Below the pieces are notes generated by a model. The model was not told where the DNA came from. It did no database searches and saw nothing but the letters and a program-made list of their open reading frames with translations. Shown piece by piece: positions 1 to 10,027 of a DNA stretch of 64,000 nucleotides (its first letter is position 1; each line of letters opens with the position of its first letter). The DNA comes from an uncultured virus (IMG/VR IMGVR_UViG_2061766007_000680) (taxonomy: Duplodnaviria > Heunggongvirae > Uroviricota > Caudoviricetes), in IMG/VR virus record IMGVR_UViG_2061766007_000680; one strand, given 5' to 3'. The position numbers and the translations under genes are program-made.

Positions 1-388
1 TACTACGCCCGAACAAAGTAAACGATTGTTAGAGTTAGGGGTACCTGCTGATAGTGCGGATTGCTATATTCAGATATCCGAATGTATAAAGTACAACTTT
101 GATGAAAAGCACGAAGAAATATATAAAAAGTATGAATATGGAATAATAGGCGGTTCTGGTATATTTGGAAGTGAACTACCAGCACTCCTCCGTCTGTCTG
201 ACGGTTCTCCAGAATATCTTCCATGTTGGTCGGTTGGTCGGCTGATTAATATATATGTCTATTTATCGTCTCACGAATATGTTAGTCTTATATTCAAAAA
301 GACATTCACTCCGATGGATAAGATACTTGATAAGTTTGAAAAAGACGCCAAAAATAGCATTTTGGACTTTTCAAAATTGGATGAATAA
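1..388 (+). CDS. Hypothetical protein, paralog family B (FTTxEQSKRLLELG...PCWSVGRL...DFSKLE), 5' end outside the window
   Basis: Frame is open from the window edge (TTPEQSKRLLELGVPADSAD); shares motifs with 18872, 55952 and 59305. Confidence 0.85.
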   Translation, partial: TTPEQSKRLLELGVPADSADCYIQISECIKYNFDEKHEEIYKKYEYGIIGGSGIFGSELPALLRLSDGSPEYLPCWSVGRLINIYVYLSSHEYVSLIFKKTFTPMDKILDKFEKDAKNSILDFSKLDE

Positions 389-497
389 TTTTATAGACTA
401 TCTTTAATTGATAGAATTATTATTAAACTATTGTATTTTAGTTTCAAAAATAAAAAAAAGAAAACAACATTTTATAATAATATAATTTACATAAATC

Positions 498-1124
498 ATG
501 GAAACAAATAAACAATGGAAACGTGTGCCGTTCGACATCGAACTGGCAAAGAAAATTCAATCAGGAGAGATTGAAGGGAGAATTCTTTGTGAATCGGGAA
601 GTGTACATCCAGATGTCATTATACCTAGAATCTTGTGTTATGATGCAAACAGCGATTTTCCTATAATTACATTATGTGAATACAATGCGAGAATAGTCAC
701 TTTTAGTGTAAATGGAAAATCAAACATCATATATGGTGTATATACGCTCTTTATCGAACTACCAGAAGAAACACCAAAGATATATCCTTATGACACAGTA
801 AGGGACAAAATAAATGAAGCGGACTGGAAAGCAGCAAAAGAAACATTCCCCGATTCAGGAAATATGCAAAGTGCATTTATATCTGGTATAGCTTATCAAA
901 TATGTAAAGAAATAGATTTAAAAAAATCTATGGAGCATAAGTTCAAACCGTTTGATAAGGTGTTGGTGAGAGATGATGAGGAAGAAATATGGCAACCTCG
1001 TTTATATGAAATATATTCTGGAGGAACAGAGAAACACTATTGTCAAGACGGGCAAGGATACGCACAGTGCATTCCTTATGAAGGTAATGAACACTTAGTA
1101 GGTGCAACTAATAATCCTGAATAA
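498..1124 (+). CDS. Hypothetical protein, paralog family A (KRVPFDIELAKKIQSGE...FKPFDKVLVR...CIPYEGNEHLVG)
   Basis: Conserved N- and C-terminal blocks shared with 4691, 16913, 18399 and 58107. Confidence 0.9.
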   Translation: METNKQWKRVPFDIELAKKIQSGEIEGRILCESGSVHPDVIIPRILCYDANSDFPIITLCEYNARIVTFSVNGKSNIIYGVYTLFIELPEETPKIYPYDTVRDKINEADWKAAKETFPDSGNMQSAFISGIAYQICKEIDLKKSMEHKFKPFDKVLVRDDEEEIWQPRLYEIYSGGTEKHYCQDGQGYAQCIPYEGNEHLVGATNNPE

Positions 1125-1142
1125 ATTAGGGAATGGAATTAT

Positions 1143-1197
1143 TAGTCAGTTACTCACCACTAAAGTAGTGGGTTTACACGCAGTTTTGATCATGAAA
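1143..1197. repeat. 55-bp intergenic palindromic element, copy 1 (resembles an IS200/IS605-type end hairpin)
   Basis: tagtcagttactcaccactaaagtagtgggtttacacgcagttttgatcatgaaa; near-identical copy at 19347-19401. Confidence 0.7.
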
Positions 1198-1223
1198 AAT
1201 AAAAAATAATAAATTAAAAAAAT

Positions 1224-1766
1224 ATGATATCAATAATTTTTATATGTATCGGGATTTTGCTATTTACTGTTTATAACAGCGTAGCAGTTGGATTATTTGG
1301 GTTTCCATGGAGTATGAGTGAAACGTATTATCTATACGAAAAAAAGAAAAAAGGACTTGGATGGCTGTTTACTATTTTTATGTGGCTTCTTGCTTTTATC
1401 ATGATGCCAAGTTGGCTAACAGTTTCTGATGGCATTGGTGGATGGAGAAGTAATTTAACATTTTTAGCATTTATATCCGCAGCAAGCATGTTATTTATTG
1501 GGGCAGCACCAAGATATAAGGCATCGTTTGAAAGCACTGTACATACAATAGCCGCATTAATTTGCGCCGCAACAGCATTATTATGGGATTTTCTTGTTTG
1601 TTGGGATATATGGTATGCAACATTAACTGGAATGACAATACCTGCAATTGTAGCAACAATAACTAAAAGTTGGAAAACAAGTAGAGATTTTTGGTTGGAA
1701 ATGATGGCATTTGGCGGAACCTTTTCGGTATTACTAGTAGAATCAATAATACTTTATTTGAAATAG
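1224..1766 (+). CDS. Multi-pass membrane protein
   Basis: 180 aa with 5-6 hydrophobic segments. Confidence 0.85.
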   Translation: MISIIFICIGILLFTVYNSVAVGLFGFPWSMSETYYLYEKKKKGLGWLFTIFMWLLAFIMMPSWLTVSDGIGGWRSNLTFLAFISAASMLFIGAAPRYKASFESTVHTIAALICAATALLWDFLVCWDIWYATLTGMTIPAIVATITKSWKTSRDFWLEMMAFGGTFSVLLVESIILYLK

Positions 1767-1768
1767 TT

Positions 1769-2035
1769 ATGAGAATGACAAAATTTGATCCTAATTGTGA
1801 AGGATTAATAATAACACTAAAATGTCCGTGCTGTGGAGATAATATAGAGTGCGAAATTAATGATTTGCCTTATTATTATCAAATTGCCAAAGACTATTAT
1901 TTTCAGTGTAATTGTGGCACAAACATAGTTATTGACGTTTTTTCTAATAGGGTAGAAGGAAATGTAATTGCGTGGAATGAATGCGGTGAGAATTATAATC
2001 AAGTGGAAATTATTAAAATTGAAGAATTATATTAA
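1769..2035 (+). CDS. Small Zn-ribbon-like protein
   Basis: CPCC...CNC motifs; ATG directly after the previous stop. Confidence 0.65.
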   Translation: MRMTKFDPNCEGLIITLKCPCCGDNIECEINDLPYYYQIAKDYYFQCNCGTNIVIDVFSNRVEGNVIAWNECGENYNQVEIIKIEELY

Positions 2036-2046
2036 TTTTTTGCTCC

Positions 2047-2128
2047 AAAATTTTTATATGTCAAAAAAATGTAATACTTTTGCAGCAGAAATAAAAAAGT
2101 TTAACAAATAAAGCAAACAAAAATGACA
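2047..2128 (+). promoter_or_regulatory. Bacteroidota-type promoter (TACTTTTG at 2075) plus leader; 82-bp block duplicated at 54655-54736
   Basis: Matches the TAnnTTTG -7 consensus; 2 mismatches to the second copy. Confidence 0.8.
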
Positions 2129-2425
2129 AGTTACATTGGTAAAAAAGTAATTATTCGTTCTAACGGAGCAGGTGTGTTCTTCGGAACACTTGAAGATTAC
2201 AACACAAAAGACGGTGTTGTAGAGTTATCTAACACTCGCAGATTGTGGTATTGGGATGGAGCCTGTTCGTTATCCCAACTCGCCATGGAAGGTGTTAAGA
2301 AAGCGCATAACTGCAAGTTCACGGTAGTAGTGCCGCAGATGCAGGTGGCTCAAGTTCTTGAAGTCATCCCATGCACGGAGTTAGCAATCAGCAATATTGA
2401 AGCAGTGCCAGTATGGAAGAGTTAA
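2123..2425 (+). CDS. DUF6948-like phage protein
   Basis: IGKKVIIRS.GAGVFFG, RRLWYW.GA.SLSQLA.EG motifs. Confidence 0.75.
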   Translation: MTSYIGKKVIIRSNGAGVFFGTLEDYNTKDGVVELSNTRRLWYWDGACSLSQLAMEGVKKAHNCKFTVVVPQMQVAQVLEVIPCTELAISNIEAVPVWKS

Positions 2426-3141
2426 TTAAACAGTTCCTTAGCATTAGCCGTGGTTATGGTCCTAGAGGAACTGGATATCCTGATGGCTCTGGTTCTGGCT
2501 CTGGCGATGGTTCTGGCTCTGGCGATGGCTATGGATATGGCGATGGCTATGGATATGGCTCTGGCGATGGTTCTGGCTCTGGCTATGGATATGGCGATGG
2601 CTATGTATATGGCGATGGCCATGGATATGGCTCTGCCTCTGGTTCTGGCTCTGGCTATGGATATGGCGATGGCTATGGCGTGAATACCTTCAATAAGTGG
2701 CAAGTGTATATCATTGATGGCGTGCAGACACTGATAGATGCCGTTCATGGTAACCATGCAAGATGTCGCATCTTAAAGGCTGACCTCACCACAGAGCCAT
2801 GTTATGTCGCAAAGGTCGGCAACTACTTTGCACACGGAACAACATTAAAACAGGCGCGTGCAGACGCACAATCCAAGTACGATAGGAATAAACCTATTGA
2901 AGAACGTATATCCGATTTCAAGCAGGCTTATCCTACACTCTATACTGTTTGCGACGGAGAAGATTTATTCCGTTGGCATAATGTATTGACTGGCAGTTGT
3001 GAACTGGGGCGTAAGACGTTCTGTGATGAACGAAGCCTTTGCCCAAAGACCACTAAAATGACAGTCAAGGAGTTTATCGAATTAACTGAAAGTGCTTATG
3101 GTGGTGATGTCATTAAGCAACTACGTGAAGCATATAAATAA
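2413..3141 (+). CDS. Phage protein with Gly/Ser/Asp/Tyr-rich repeat and conserved C-terminal domain
   Basis: (GSGSGDGYGY)n tract followed by YFAHG..., WHNVLTGSC.LGR. Confidence 0.85.
   Translation: MEELIKQFLSISRGYGPRGTGYPDGSGSGSGDGSGSGDGYGYGDGYGYGSGDGSGSGYGYGDGYVYGDGHGYGSASGSGSGYGYGDGYGVNTFNKWQVYIIDGVQTLIDAVHGNHARCRILKADLTTEPCYVAKVGNYFAHGTTLKQARADAQSKYDRNKPIEERISDFKQAYPTLYTVCDGEDLFRWHNVLTGSCELGRKTFCDERSLCPKTTKMTVKEFIELTESAYGGDVIKQLREAYK
2482..2679 (+). repeat. Coding hexamer-based low-complexity repeat (ggctct/ggcgat/ggctat/ggatat)
   Basis: Directly visible tandem Gly-X codon pairs. Confidence 0.9.
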
Positions 3142-3146
3142 ATATA

Positions 3147-3175
3147 AAACAGCAGGAATAATCGCCTGCTGTTTA
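3147..3175 (+). terminator. Intrinsic terminator-like hairpin
   Basis: aaacagcagg / cctgctgttt inverted repeat right after the stop at 3141. Confidence 0.7.
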
Positions 3176-3191
3176 TAACAACAAAAAAAAC

Positions 3192-3346
3192 ATGAAAATT
3201 TTACAACTTCAGAGCAAAGCAAAAATCTATTGAAATTAGGAGTACCAGCCGATAGTGCAGATTGTTACTATGAATACGATACCGATGGCCTTGAGATTAT
3301 TGTATTTCCATATGATGTAGATAAAAAATGGCGAAATTCTACCTAA
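3192..3346 (+). pseudogene. Truncated/frameshifted family B copy
   Basis: NFTTSEQSKNLLKLGVPADSADCYY lies out of frame with the ATG at 3192 and stops early. Confidence 0.7.
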
Positions 3347-3587
3347 AAGGACAACTTGACTACGCAAAAAGATTTCCTAATCTTAAAAGAAAGGATTAGT
3401 TATGAACACCAACGAAACATATATTGTATATTGCCCATATTGTAAAAAAGAACATCAATGCGAATATCTATGGACAACTAATACGCGTAGACGTACTTGG
3501 CAGCAAAAAATAGAAACTAATAATTATCGATGTCCAGAAACAATGGGTATATTTAAAATGGATAACGTAAATACTTATAATTAAGAT

Positions 3588-4004
3588 ATGAATATGCACG
3601 AAACATATGTATCGCTAGAAGTAGCGAAGTTATTAAAACAAGCAGGATTTGAGTGGGAAGTTATGTCATTCTATACTAATGATGTTACTGAAGGATGTGA
3701 ATCTGAATATGAATTAAGATTAGTTAGATTTGATAATTGGAATGACAAAAATAAGATCTGGTGTGATTTAGTATCAGCACCAACTCTTGATGTTGCGCAA
3801 AGATGGTTGAGAGAAGTGAAAAACATTTCGGTGAATATATCCTCAACTCCTTGCAGTTACTATGAATATACTATCCGTAAAATTAACCAATTGAACTATA
3901 AGGATAATACTATTTTGGCTTTAACCGCATGTAGGTTTTATACCTATGAAGGAGCACAAGAAGCAGGTATTAAGAAATGTTTAGAGATAATTTTAGAGAA
4001 ATAA
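3588..4004 (+). CDS. Hypothetical protein, paralog family C (HETYVSLEVAKLLK.AGF...APTL.VAQRWLRE...EAGIKKCL)
   Basis: Paralogs at 35019 and 55540. Confidence 0.9.
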   Translation: MNMHETYVSLEVAKLLKQAGFEWEVMSFYTNDVTEGCESEYELRLVRFDNWNDKNKIWCDLVSAPTLDVAQRWLREVKNISVNISSTPCSYYEYTIRKINQLNYKDNTILALTACRFYTYEGAQEAGIKKCLEIILEK

Positions 4005-4014
4005 CAGAATAATT

Positions 4015-4085
4015 ATGAAAAAGAATTACAAACGTGTGCCATTCACTATTGGACTAGCAAAGAAAATTCAATCTGGAGAAGTTGA
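4015..4085 (+). CDS. N-terminus of a family A gene cut by an N-gap
   Basis: MKKNYKRVPFTIGLAKKIQSGEV; 4036-4085 is identical to 58134-58183. Confidence 0.7.
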
Positions 4086-4109
4086 NNNNNNNNNNAAGGA
4101 GAATAAACA

Positions 4110-4283
4110 ATGAAATACAGTGTACAATTTTACTACCACACGACAGTAACTGTTGAGGTAGAGGCAGAAGATGAGCAAGACGCTATCGAGACTGCATACT
4201 CAGAAGTATGTGATCCGAAATACGACGAACAGCTCAAAATGAATCTTACGGAAGATGGTGATCCGGACGTTGAGGAGATATGA
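4110..4283 (+). CDS. Small acidic phage protein (TVEVEAEDEQDAIETA)
   Basis: 57-aa ORF below the track cutoff; ATGA overlap with the next gene. Confidence 0.7.
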   Translation: MKYSVQFYYHTTVTVEVEAEDEQDAIETAYSEVCDPKYDEQLKMNLTEDGDPDVEEI

Positions 4284-4588
4284 AAACAATCGTCGAAACA
4301 ACCGTTAAATGGTGTCCAGGCCACACTACACCAGCAAAGGATGGGAGTCGAGATTTCGAAGTCTCTGTAGAAGTATTAGCATACACTAATCTCGGTTTCT
4401 ATTGCAAGGCTCGATATGACTATAGAAACAAAGAGTGGTATATAACCGACGGAGAAGATATGGATTGTGGTGGACTTGTGTGGGAGGACGGCGAACACGT
4501 CGTTTGCTGGATGTATTTACCGAAACCTCCAAAAGAGGTGCTGAAAAGAAAGAAGTTGAATCTTACTCACAAACCAGAAAATGAATAA
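4280..4588 (+). CDS. DUF551-like hypothetical protein
   Basis: C-terminal VVCWMYLPKPPKE. Confidence 0.6.
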   Translation: MKTIVETTVKWCPGHTTPAKDGSRDFEVSVEVLAYTNLGFYCKARYDYRNKEWYITDGEDMDCGGLVWEDGEHVVCWMYLPKPPKEVLKRKKLNLTHKPENE

Positions 4589-4690
4589 CGAAGTTTGGAA
4601 TACGTTAGTATCACAACGTAATATGGAATATGCTATGCATAAAAACATGAGAGTATATAGACAAGAAATATGGGAAAGGGGAAAATGAGA

Positions 4691-5506
4691 ATGAACAAGA
4701 CTTATAAACGTGTACCGTTCGATATTGAACTGGCAAAGAAAATTCAATCTGGAGAGGTTGAAGGTAGGATTGTAACGGTTAATGGTGAACTAGTTCGAGT
4801 TCTTACGTTTGATATAAAAGATAATCTTCCGGCGGTGGTAGTTGTAACACGACCAAACGGTAACGAAACAGTATACACTTGTACATCGACAGGAAAGGAT
4901 CTAGACGGTTATAATAATTCAACTTACGATATTCAGATTGAACTCCCAGAAGAAACGCCAAAGCACGAGTTCAAAGTGGGGGATGTTGTAAAAGTAACTC
5001 CACAAGACGGTAAACATAGTGAATGGATTATAGGATTCGGTCCTGTAATTGCCCGTGTTTTATGCCAAACTCCAGAAGGTGTATTATTGGAAAACAAAGG
5101 AGGGTTCATTGATATGTTTTCATTAGATGAAATACAATTCATCACAGATGCGTCACATGATTCAACCCACGAGTTCAAAGTCGGGGATAAAGTGCAAGTC
5201 AACGGGAGTGAGATGGTATTTGAAATATATAAAATAGAAGGCAAAGATGTTCTTTTGAAAAATGTAAAGGAGATGCATCTTGGAAGTTATTGGTATACAT
5301 TAGATCAGTTAAGATTATATATTGAAAAGCACGAGTTTAAGCCGTTTGACAAGGTGCTTGTGAGAGATGATGAGGAAGAAATATGGCAGCCTCGTTTATA
5401 TGAAANNNNNNNNNNNNNNNNNNNNNNNNNNNNNAGGGGATATATAGAGTGCATTCCATACGAAGGCAACGAGCATCTTGTAGGTACAACAAACGAATCA
5501 AAATAA
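4691..5506 (+). CDS. Family A protein with two internal HEFKVGD modules
   Basis: Family motifs; contains an N-gap. Confidence 0.85.
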   Translation: MNKTYKRVPFDIELAKKIQSGEVEGRIVTVNGELVRVLTFDIKDNLPAVVVVTRPNGNETVYTCTSTGKDLDGYNNSTYDIQIELPEETPKHEFKVGDVVKVTPQDGKHSEWIIGFGPVIARVLCQTPEGVLLENKGGFIDMFSLDEIQFITDASHDSTHEFKVGDKVQVNGSEMVFEIYKIEGKDVLLKNVKEMHLGSYWYTLDQLRLYIEKHEFKPFDKVLVRDDEEEIWQPRLYEXXXXXXXXXXRGYIECIPYEGNEHLVGTTNESK

Positions 5507-5515
5507 AAATACAAT

Positions 5516-5737
5516 ATGACGCTTTCAGAAATCAGACAACAAGCTGCAATCAGTATTTTGAACTCCCTCCTTGAGACCACCAAGCACTCAGTGGTAGAAG
5601 CAGTAGCACTCAAAGATGTTTATGCTCATGTAGCTGTCATGTACGCAGATTCTCTCGTCGATGCTTTGGGTAAGCAACCAGATGTGGTGGAGAGGTTTTT
5701 GGAAAAAGTCGCCTGGAAAAACATTCTGCAAATATAA
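5516..5737 (+). CDS. Hypothetical protein, homolog of 35443..35673
   Basis: RQQAAISILNSLLETT.HSVVE...KDVYAHVAVMYADSL shared. Confidence 0.85.
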   Translation: MTLSEIRQQAAISILNSLLETTKHSVVEAVALKDVYAHVAVMYADSLVDALGKQPDVVERFLEKVAWKNILQI

Positions 5738-5748
5738 CTTGTAAAAAA

Positions 5749-6003
5749 ATGACAACCGCAGGTAATCCAACATCACATAAGAAGTCTATCAGCGGGCACA
5801 TCAATATCAGAATCAGTATTCCCGCCACCTACGAAGTAGATGCTATATGGGAGACTTATCTGAATAAAAAAGGTAAAGAGTATCAGCAGGAGGAGTGGGA
5901 ATGTGGTGTAGACGAGGTCCTTGATCAGTTCCCTCAGATAAGACAAGATATCGAAGACCTTAAGCAGAAGGGTTACTCAATAGACGAAATAGAAATAGAA
6001 TAA
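5749..6003 (+). CDS. Hypothetical protein, homolog of 40893..41123
   Basis: GH..I....P...VDA...EEWE.G..E.L.Q shared. Confidence 0.75.
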   Translation: MTTAGNPTSHKKSISGHINIRISIPATYEVDAIWETYLNKKGKEYQQEEWECGVDEVLDQFPQIRQDIEDLKQKGYSIDEIEIE

Positions 6004-6230
6004 GAATATGGTAGAGAAAGAAGCAGTTATCCACGTTATCAACGTCAAGACAAGAACGTTGGTAGGAGATCTTAGTCCGAAACCGAAATACCTTCCCAGA
6101 CAAGGAGAGTATCTCCATTTTCCTGAAGACAGAAGTGGAAATGGGGTATATAAAGTATTTCGTATTTTTCATGTAATTCGAACAGGTTATCCAGTAGAAA
6201 TAAATATATTTGTAATACCAGATAAAGGCG

Positions 6231-6722
6231 ATGAAACTGTTAATTAAAAAAGAGGTAGAGATCATGGGTTGGTCTCTCCGTGCCTACTTAGGCGAAATAA
6301 CCAAATGGTGGGATGAAGAGGGATTCGAATTCAACGGAAAAGAATACCGCGATTTTGAAGAGTTTAAGAAAGACTATCCAAGTCTGGTGATGACTCAACC
6401 TCCTTACTATCGCGGTGATCCTAAAGAAGGAACTGAGACGATTGTTCTCGATATCGATCTCGAAACCGGTGAAGTCAAAAACTGGCCAGCAGGAGTAGAA
6501 CATGGATTCTATGACAAGATCGTCGACACTGGTCGCTGGGAGATCCTCGATAATGATGGAAACATAGTAGCTAGCAAAACAGATTACGTTCTCAGTTGTC
6601 TCCAGATTGAAGATGAAGGGTGGGGTGACTATCTTGAGTTCATAGTGGATGAAAACGGTCTTATCATAGGTTGGGAGTTCGGCCAAGACGACTTTGATGA
6701 GATCGCAGGAACACCTGCCTGA
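6231..6722 (+). CDS. Hypothetical acidic phage protein
   Basis: 163-aa ORF in operon context. Confidence 0.75.
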   Translation: MKLLIKKEVEIMGWSLRAYLGEITKWWDEEGFEFNGKEYRDFEEFKKDYPSLVMTQPPYYRGDPKEGTETIVLDIDLETGEVKNWPAGVEHGFYDKIVDTGRWEILDNDGNIVASKTDYVLSCLQIEDEGWGDYLEFIVDENGLIIGWEFGQDDFDEIAGTPA

Positions 6723-6768
6723 TTTCGACTATCACAAAAAGAAATGAGAATGAGTCATATTTTAGAAA

Positions 6769-6812
6769 GACTTCACTTAATAGTGGATTCTTTTTTGATA
6801 TATTTATATATA
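6769..6812 (+). promoter_or_regulatory. Hairpin containing TCACTTAAT plus TTTGATATATTTA motif (also at 9502-9545, 11528-11580, 13899-13946)
   Basis: Four copies, each immediately upstream of a gene start. Confidence 0.7.
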
Positions 6813-6971
6813 GAAACACGAAGTTATGACAGATGAACAGAAAAATGAGATTTACAATCTCTTGGCACAGATCAAAGTCGTTGAGAGAGTCTTAAACTCA
6901 CAGAACGTTCATAAGAAACGTTTGGAAATCCGCGAACTAGTCGATAACATTCAGATGAAGATATTAGAATT

Positions 6972-7367
6972 ATGAATTTGGAATCAATAGATGCACTAAA
7001 GAGTGAGTTTCAAAAAGTAATGCACTCAGGAAGACACAAAATGTTTGTGTCAAGAACCGATAAAAATCTTGCTATAATCACAGAAGCGCTCATTTCGACA
7101 AATATCCTTGATAGATGTGAAGTGATTATTAGCCCAAATCCTGCTGAAGATATTGAGATCAATTGGTGATACCTGAGAAAAGATATTAGAATTATGACAC
7201 TCGATTCTTTGTATAATTTGATAGAGGCAGCAAAACTTGCTGGGCTCAGTTATATCTTTATTGACAAGACTGCTGAGAATATGAAATTGATGGACGGCGT
7301 CAGATCCTCAGTGTATCAAAAAGTTATCGGGCAAGGCGAACATGCTCGAATCAAAATCAGTTGGTGA
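6972..7367 (+). CDS. Two tandem small paralogous ORFs (6972..7169 and 7194..7367)
   Basis: Both are preceded by aagatattagaattATG and end in I-x-W. Confidence 0.6.
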
Positions 7368-7368
7368 T

Positions 7369-7948
7369 ATGAATACAAACAAAATCACACTTAAAAAGAC
7401 ACTTCTCCATTTTGGAAAGATCATCCAACACAAGTTCTGGGTAGCACACTACTGTTTCAAATGTGGACTGTACTGGCAAGGAATCACTCACGATCTCTCC
7501 AAATTCTCTTGGACAGAGTTCTGGGAGTCGGTCAGGTACTTCCGGGGCACGAGTTCACCCATTAACGCAGCTAAGGCTGATGTGGGACACTCTCTTGCCT
7601 GGCAACATCACAAAGGTCGCAATCCTCATCATTACGAATACTGGACTGATAACTACGATATGGGTACGACGACNNNNNNNNNNNNNNNNNNNNGAACTTA
7701 TCTGTGACTGGTTAGGTGCTGCACGAGCTTATATGGGAGACGCTTTTTCTTATCACATGGAGTATGAGTGGTTGATGAAGAAGATGTCTTTTGAAACTCC
7801 CAAGATGCACGCCTATACACAACTGTTTATCATGGAGGTATTCAAGGCTCTTAATGATACGGAGTCAGACCAAGTGTATTTCATCAGTGATAGGCAAATA
7901 CTTAACAGCAAACGGCTGAAAGAAATATATAAAGAGACTAATATATAG
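7369..7948 (+). CDS. DUF5662-like HD-type protein; apparent frameshift is due to the N-gap
   Basis: HK.WV, HDLSK, W.HHKGRNPHHYEYW, ELICDW motifs. Confidence 0.75.
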
Positions 7949-7949
7949 T

Positions 7950-8429
7950 ATGAAAACAAAACTACTCAAAGATCTTAGATCGTCAGCGAAACATAACGTA
8001 TATCTCGTTCCAGCAGACGGGGATACTAATAATTGTCTCATCGCTAAACTAATATGGAATGCTCAGCTGTGTGGTTATGATATTCGATATTACTATAGAA
8101 AGATATCGGGTTCATGTGATGTGGATAAGCACCTTGTCAAAACTGGAGTTAAGTATCATGGTAAAGAGATTCGCAAAGCGGACTCCAAGTTTATTCAATA
8201 TGAAATAGATTTTCGCGACAATCGTAAGCCTCTTACACTCCGTTGGTCTCTTATTCATGATGAGAAAGGTAAACCTGTTATGCATCAGGGTGGATGGCCT
8301 CTCCAAGAAGCTATTGAGGTTCTAAAGATGAAACGCCGGGAGTTCATTCTCGAGCAGGGTCGAGAGAAAATGGAGAATTACTATAAACGTAAGGAATTTT
8401 GGATGACAAAAAAACTTAGTAAATACTAA
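7950..8429 (+). CDS. Hypothetical protein
   Basis: 159-aa ORF with tight spacing. Confidence 0.7.
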   Translation: MKTKLLKDLRSSAKHNVYLVPADGDTNNCLIAKLIWNAQLCGYDIRYYYRKISGSCDVDKHLVKTGVKYHGKEIRKADSKFIQYEIDFRDNRKPLTLRWSLIHDEKGKPVMHQGGWPLQEAIEVLKMKRREFILEQGREKMENYYKRKEFWMTKKLSKY

Positions 8430-8431
8430 TC

Positions 8432-8707
8432 ATGTTACTCAAAGACAAATTGATACTCGTTTTTTATCTTGGTTGTGAAGGTATGAATAGACGCCAAGTA
8501 AATGAAACGTCGGTTCAAGCATCTATGTACTTCAGGTATTTGCGCGATGAAAGTTCTGAAACTATATTCATTCCTAATTTTGAGTCACCGAACACAAAGG
8601 TGGAAGTCCTCAATCCTCGAGACATGAATACAGATGACCTCAAGAAGCTCGAATCCCTCATAGACGAGTTCAATAAAACATGTAAGAAAGATGAAAACAA
8701 CAATTGA
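8432..8707 (+). CDS. Hypothetical protein, homolog of the N-terminal half of 41120..41812
   Basis: LILVFYL...FIP...TKVEVLNP versus MIIVFYI...FIP...TKVDVINP. Confidence 0.75.
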   Translation: MLLKDKLILVFYLGCEGMNRRQVNETSVQASMYFRYLRDESSETIFIPNFESPNTKVEVLNPRDMNTDDLKKLESLIDEFNKTCKKDENNN

Positions 8708-8958
8708 ATTATTCGCTCTTACAGTCAAAGAGCCCAAACAAGACGAACGAGTGATGGTCTGGTCGGAAAAGTTCCACGAGTATCGTCCTCAGGTGTTTAA
8801 CAAAACATGTGAATGCTGGGACACGGAAGACGGTGACGACTACATGTGTGATCTCAATCCCAGCGACATTTGGTTCAGTTTACCCCCATCTCCAGATAAG
8901 TTATGAGACGACTAAAGAAAAGTTAAATTAGTTTTATATTATTAGTACTTTTTATAAC

Positions 8959-9363
8959 ATGATTTACAAAAACGCACACTACGTAAGACATAAGTTCACT
9001 GGTCTCTATTTCAGACCGGGTGGGTCCCTCTCGAAGAAAGGTAAGTTGTACAAGGACAACAACGACATCCTGTCACACCTTTCCCCTCACTACTATCTGA
9101 CTTTCGAATGTCATGACGGAACGGGAGACATCCTAAAGAAGCTTCATGAGTCTGGTGTAGAGCCTGTTGTCACGGACGAATATCGAATCTGGAATCTCCC
9201 TTCAGGAGAAGTGGTGAAGCAGAGTGCCTGGAAGACTTGGGATTTTGAAAATCAACGATGGAACTATCTGGGATTCTGTGATTACTTCGATTTCAGATCT
9301 ACGGCAGAACACTTTGAACGCGTACCTGTGAAACTGACTATCGAAATAGGTGAAACTGAATGA
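8959..9363 (+). CDS. Hypothetical protein
   Basis: 134-aa ORF. Confidence 0.7.
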   Translation: MIYKNAHYVRHKFTGLYFRPGGSLSKKGKLYKDNNDILSHLSPHYYLTFECHDGTGDILKKLHESGVEPVVTDEYRIWNLPSGEVVKQSAWKTWDFENQRWNYLGFCDYFDFRSTAEHFERVPVKLTIEIGETE

Positions 9364-9565
9364 GTTATCCATATGGCAGAAGTCACTCAAATAAGACTAA
9401 AAAAGTGTCCTTATTGTAAACGAAAGCATTTCGTAATAATGAGGAGTGGAAGCCGATCACGACTCGCGTGGGAGTGTCCGAGTAAAAAACGATGCTTCAA
9501 AGAGGACTCACTTAATTAGGAGTCCTTTTTTGATATATTTAATTATACATAAGTGAAAAGAATAT

Positions 9566-10027
9566 ATGAAAAAGAAAAAAGTCTACATCGCAGGTCCGTT
9601 TGCGGAGCCTCATCATAGGGAAGCTCTCCGTCACATGATTGATATTATTAAGCATTCAGAGGACGCAGACAAATTTGAACTATATATTCCTATGGAGTAC
9701 AAAGTGGAAGGAGACTTTCAAAAAGAAGACGGAACATGGAACCTTCCTAATCATGTTTGGGCTTATCAGGTGTTCGTAAACGACAAAAAAGAACTCGACC
9801 AGTCCGATATGGTGGTGGCTTTGTACGACGGACGAAAGGGTACTACAGGCACTGCATGGGAAATAGGATATGCATTTGCAAAGGACATTCCTGTGGTAGG
9901 ATACATTCCTGAATATGCAAAGAAAGAGCCTATGTCTCTCATGGTTATCAATAGTTTCGCCGGCGTGCTGCTGGAGAACGGACTAGTTGATAACAGTGGC
10001 TTCCTCGCACCTCTCGATCAAAAGTAA
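9566..10027 (+). CDS. Nucleoside 2-deoxyribosyltransferase-family protein
   Basis: KVYIAGPF, D...LD.SD.VVA, GTAWEIGYA.A. Confidence 0.85.
   Translation: MKKKKVYIAGPFAEPHHREALRHMIDIIKHSEDADKFELYIPMEYKVEGDFQKEDGTWNLPNHVWAYQVFVNDKKELDQSDMVVALYDGRKGTTGTAWEIGYAFAKDIPVVGYIPEYAKKEPMSLMVINSFAGVLLENGLVDNSGFLAPLDQK

Noticed and set aside
2422..2757. Alternative-frame and minus-strand ORFs with MAL/AIAR repeats
   Set aside because: They are shadows of the Gly-rich hexamer repeat. Other minus-strand ORFs in the track likewise overlap better + strand genes.
7342..7948. Programmed frameshift in the DUF5662-like gene (and at 15172-15520)
   Set aside because: The frame change coincides with N-gaps of uncertain length.
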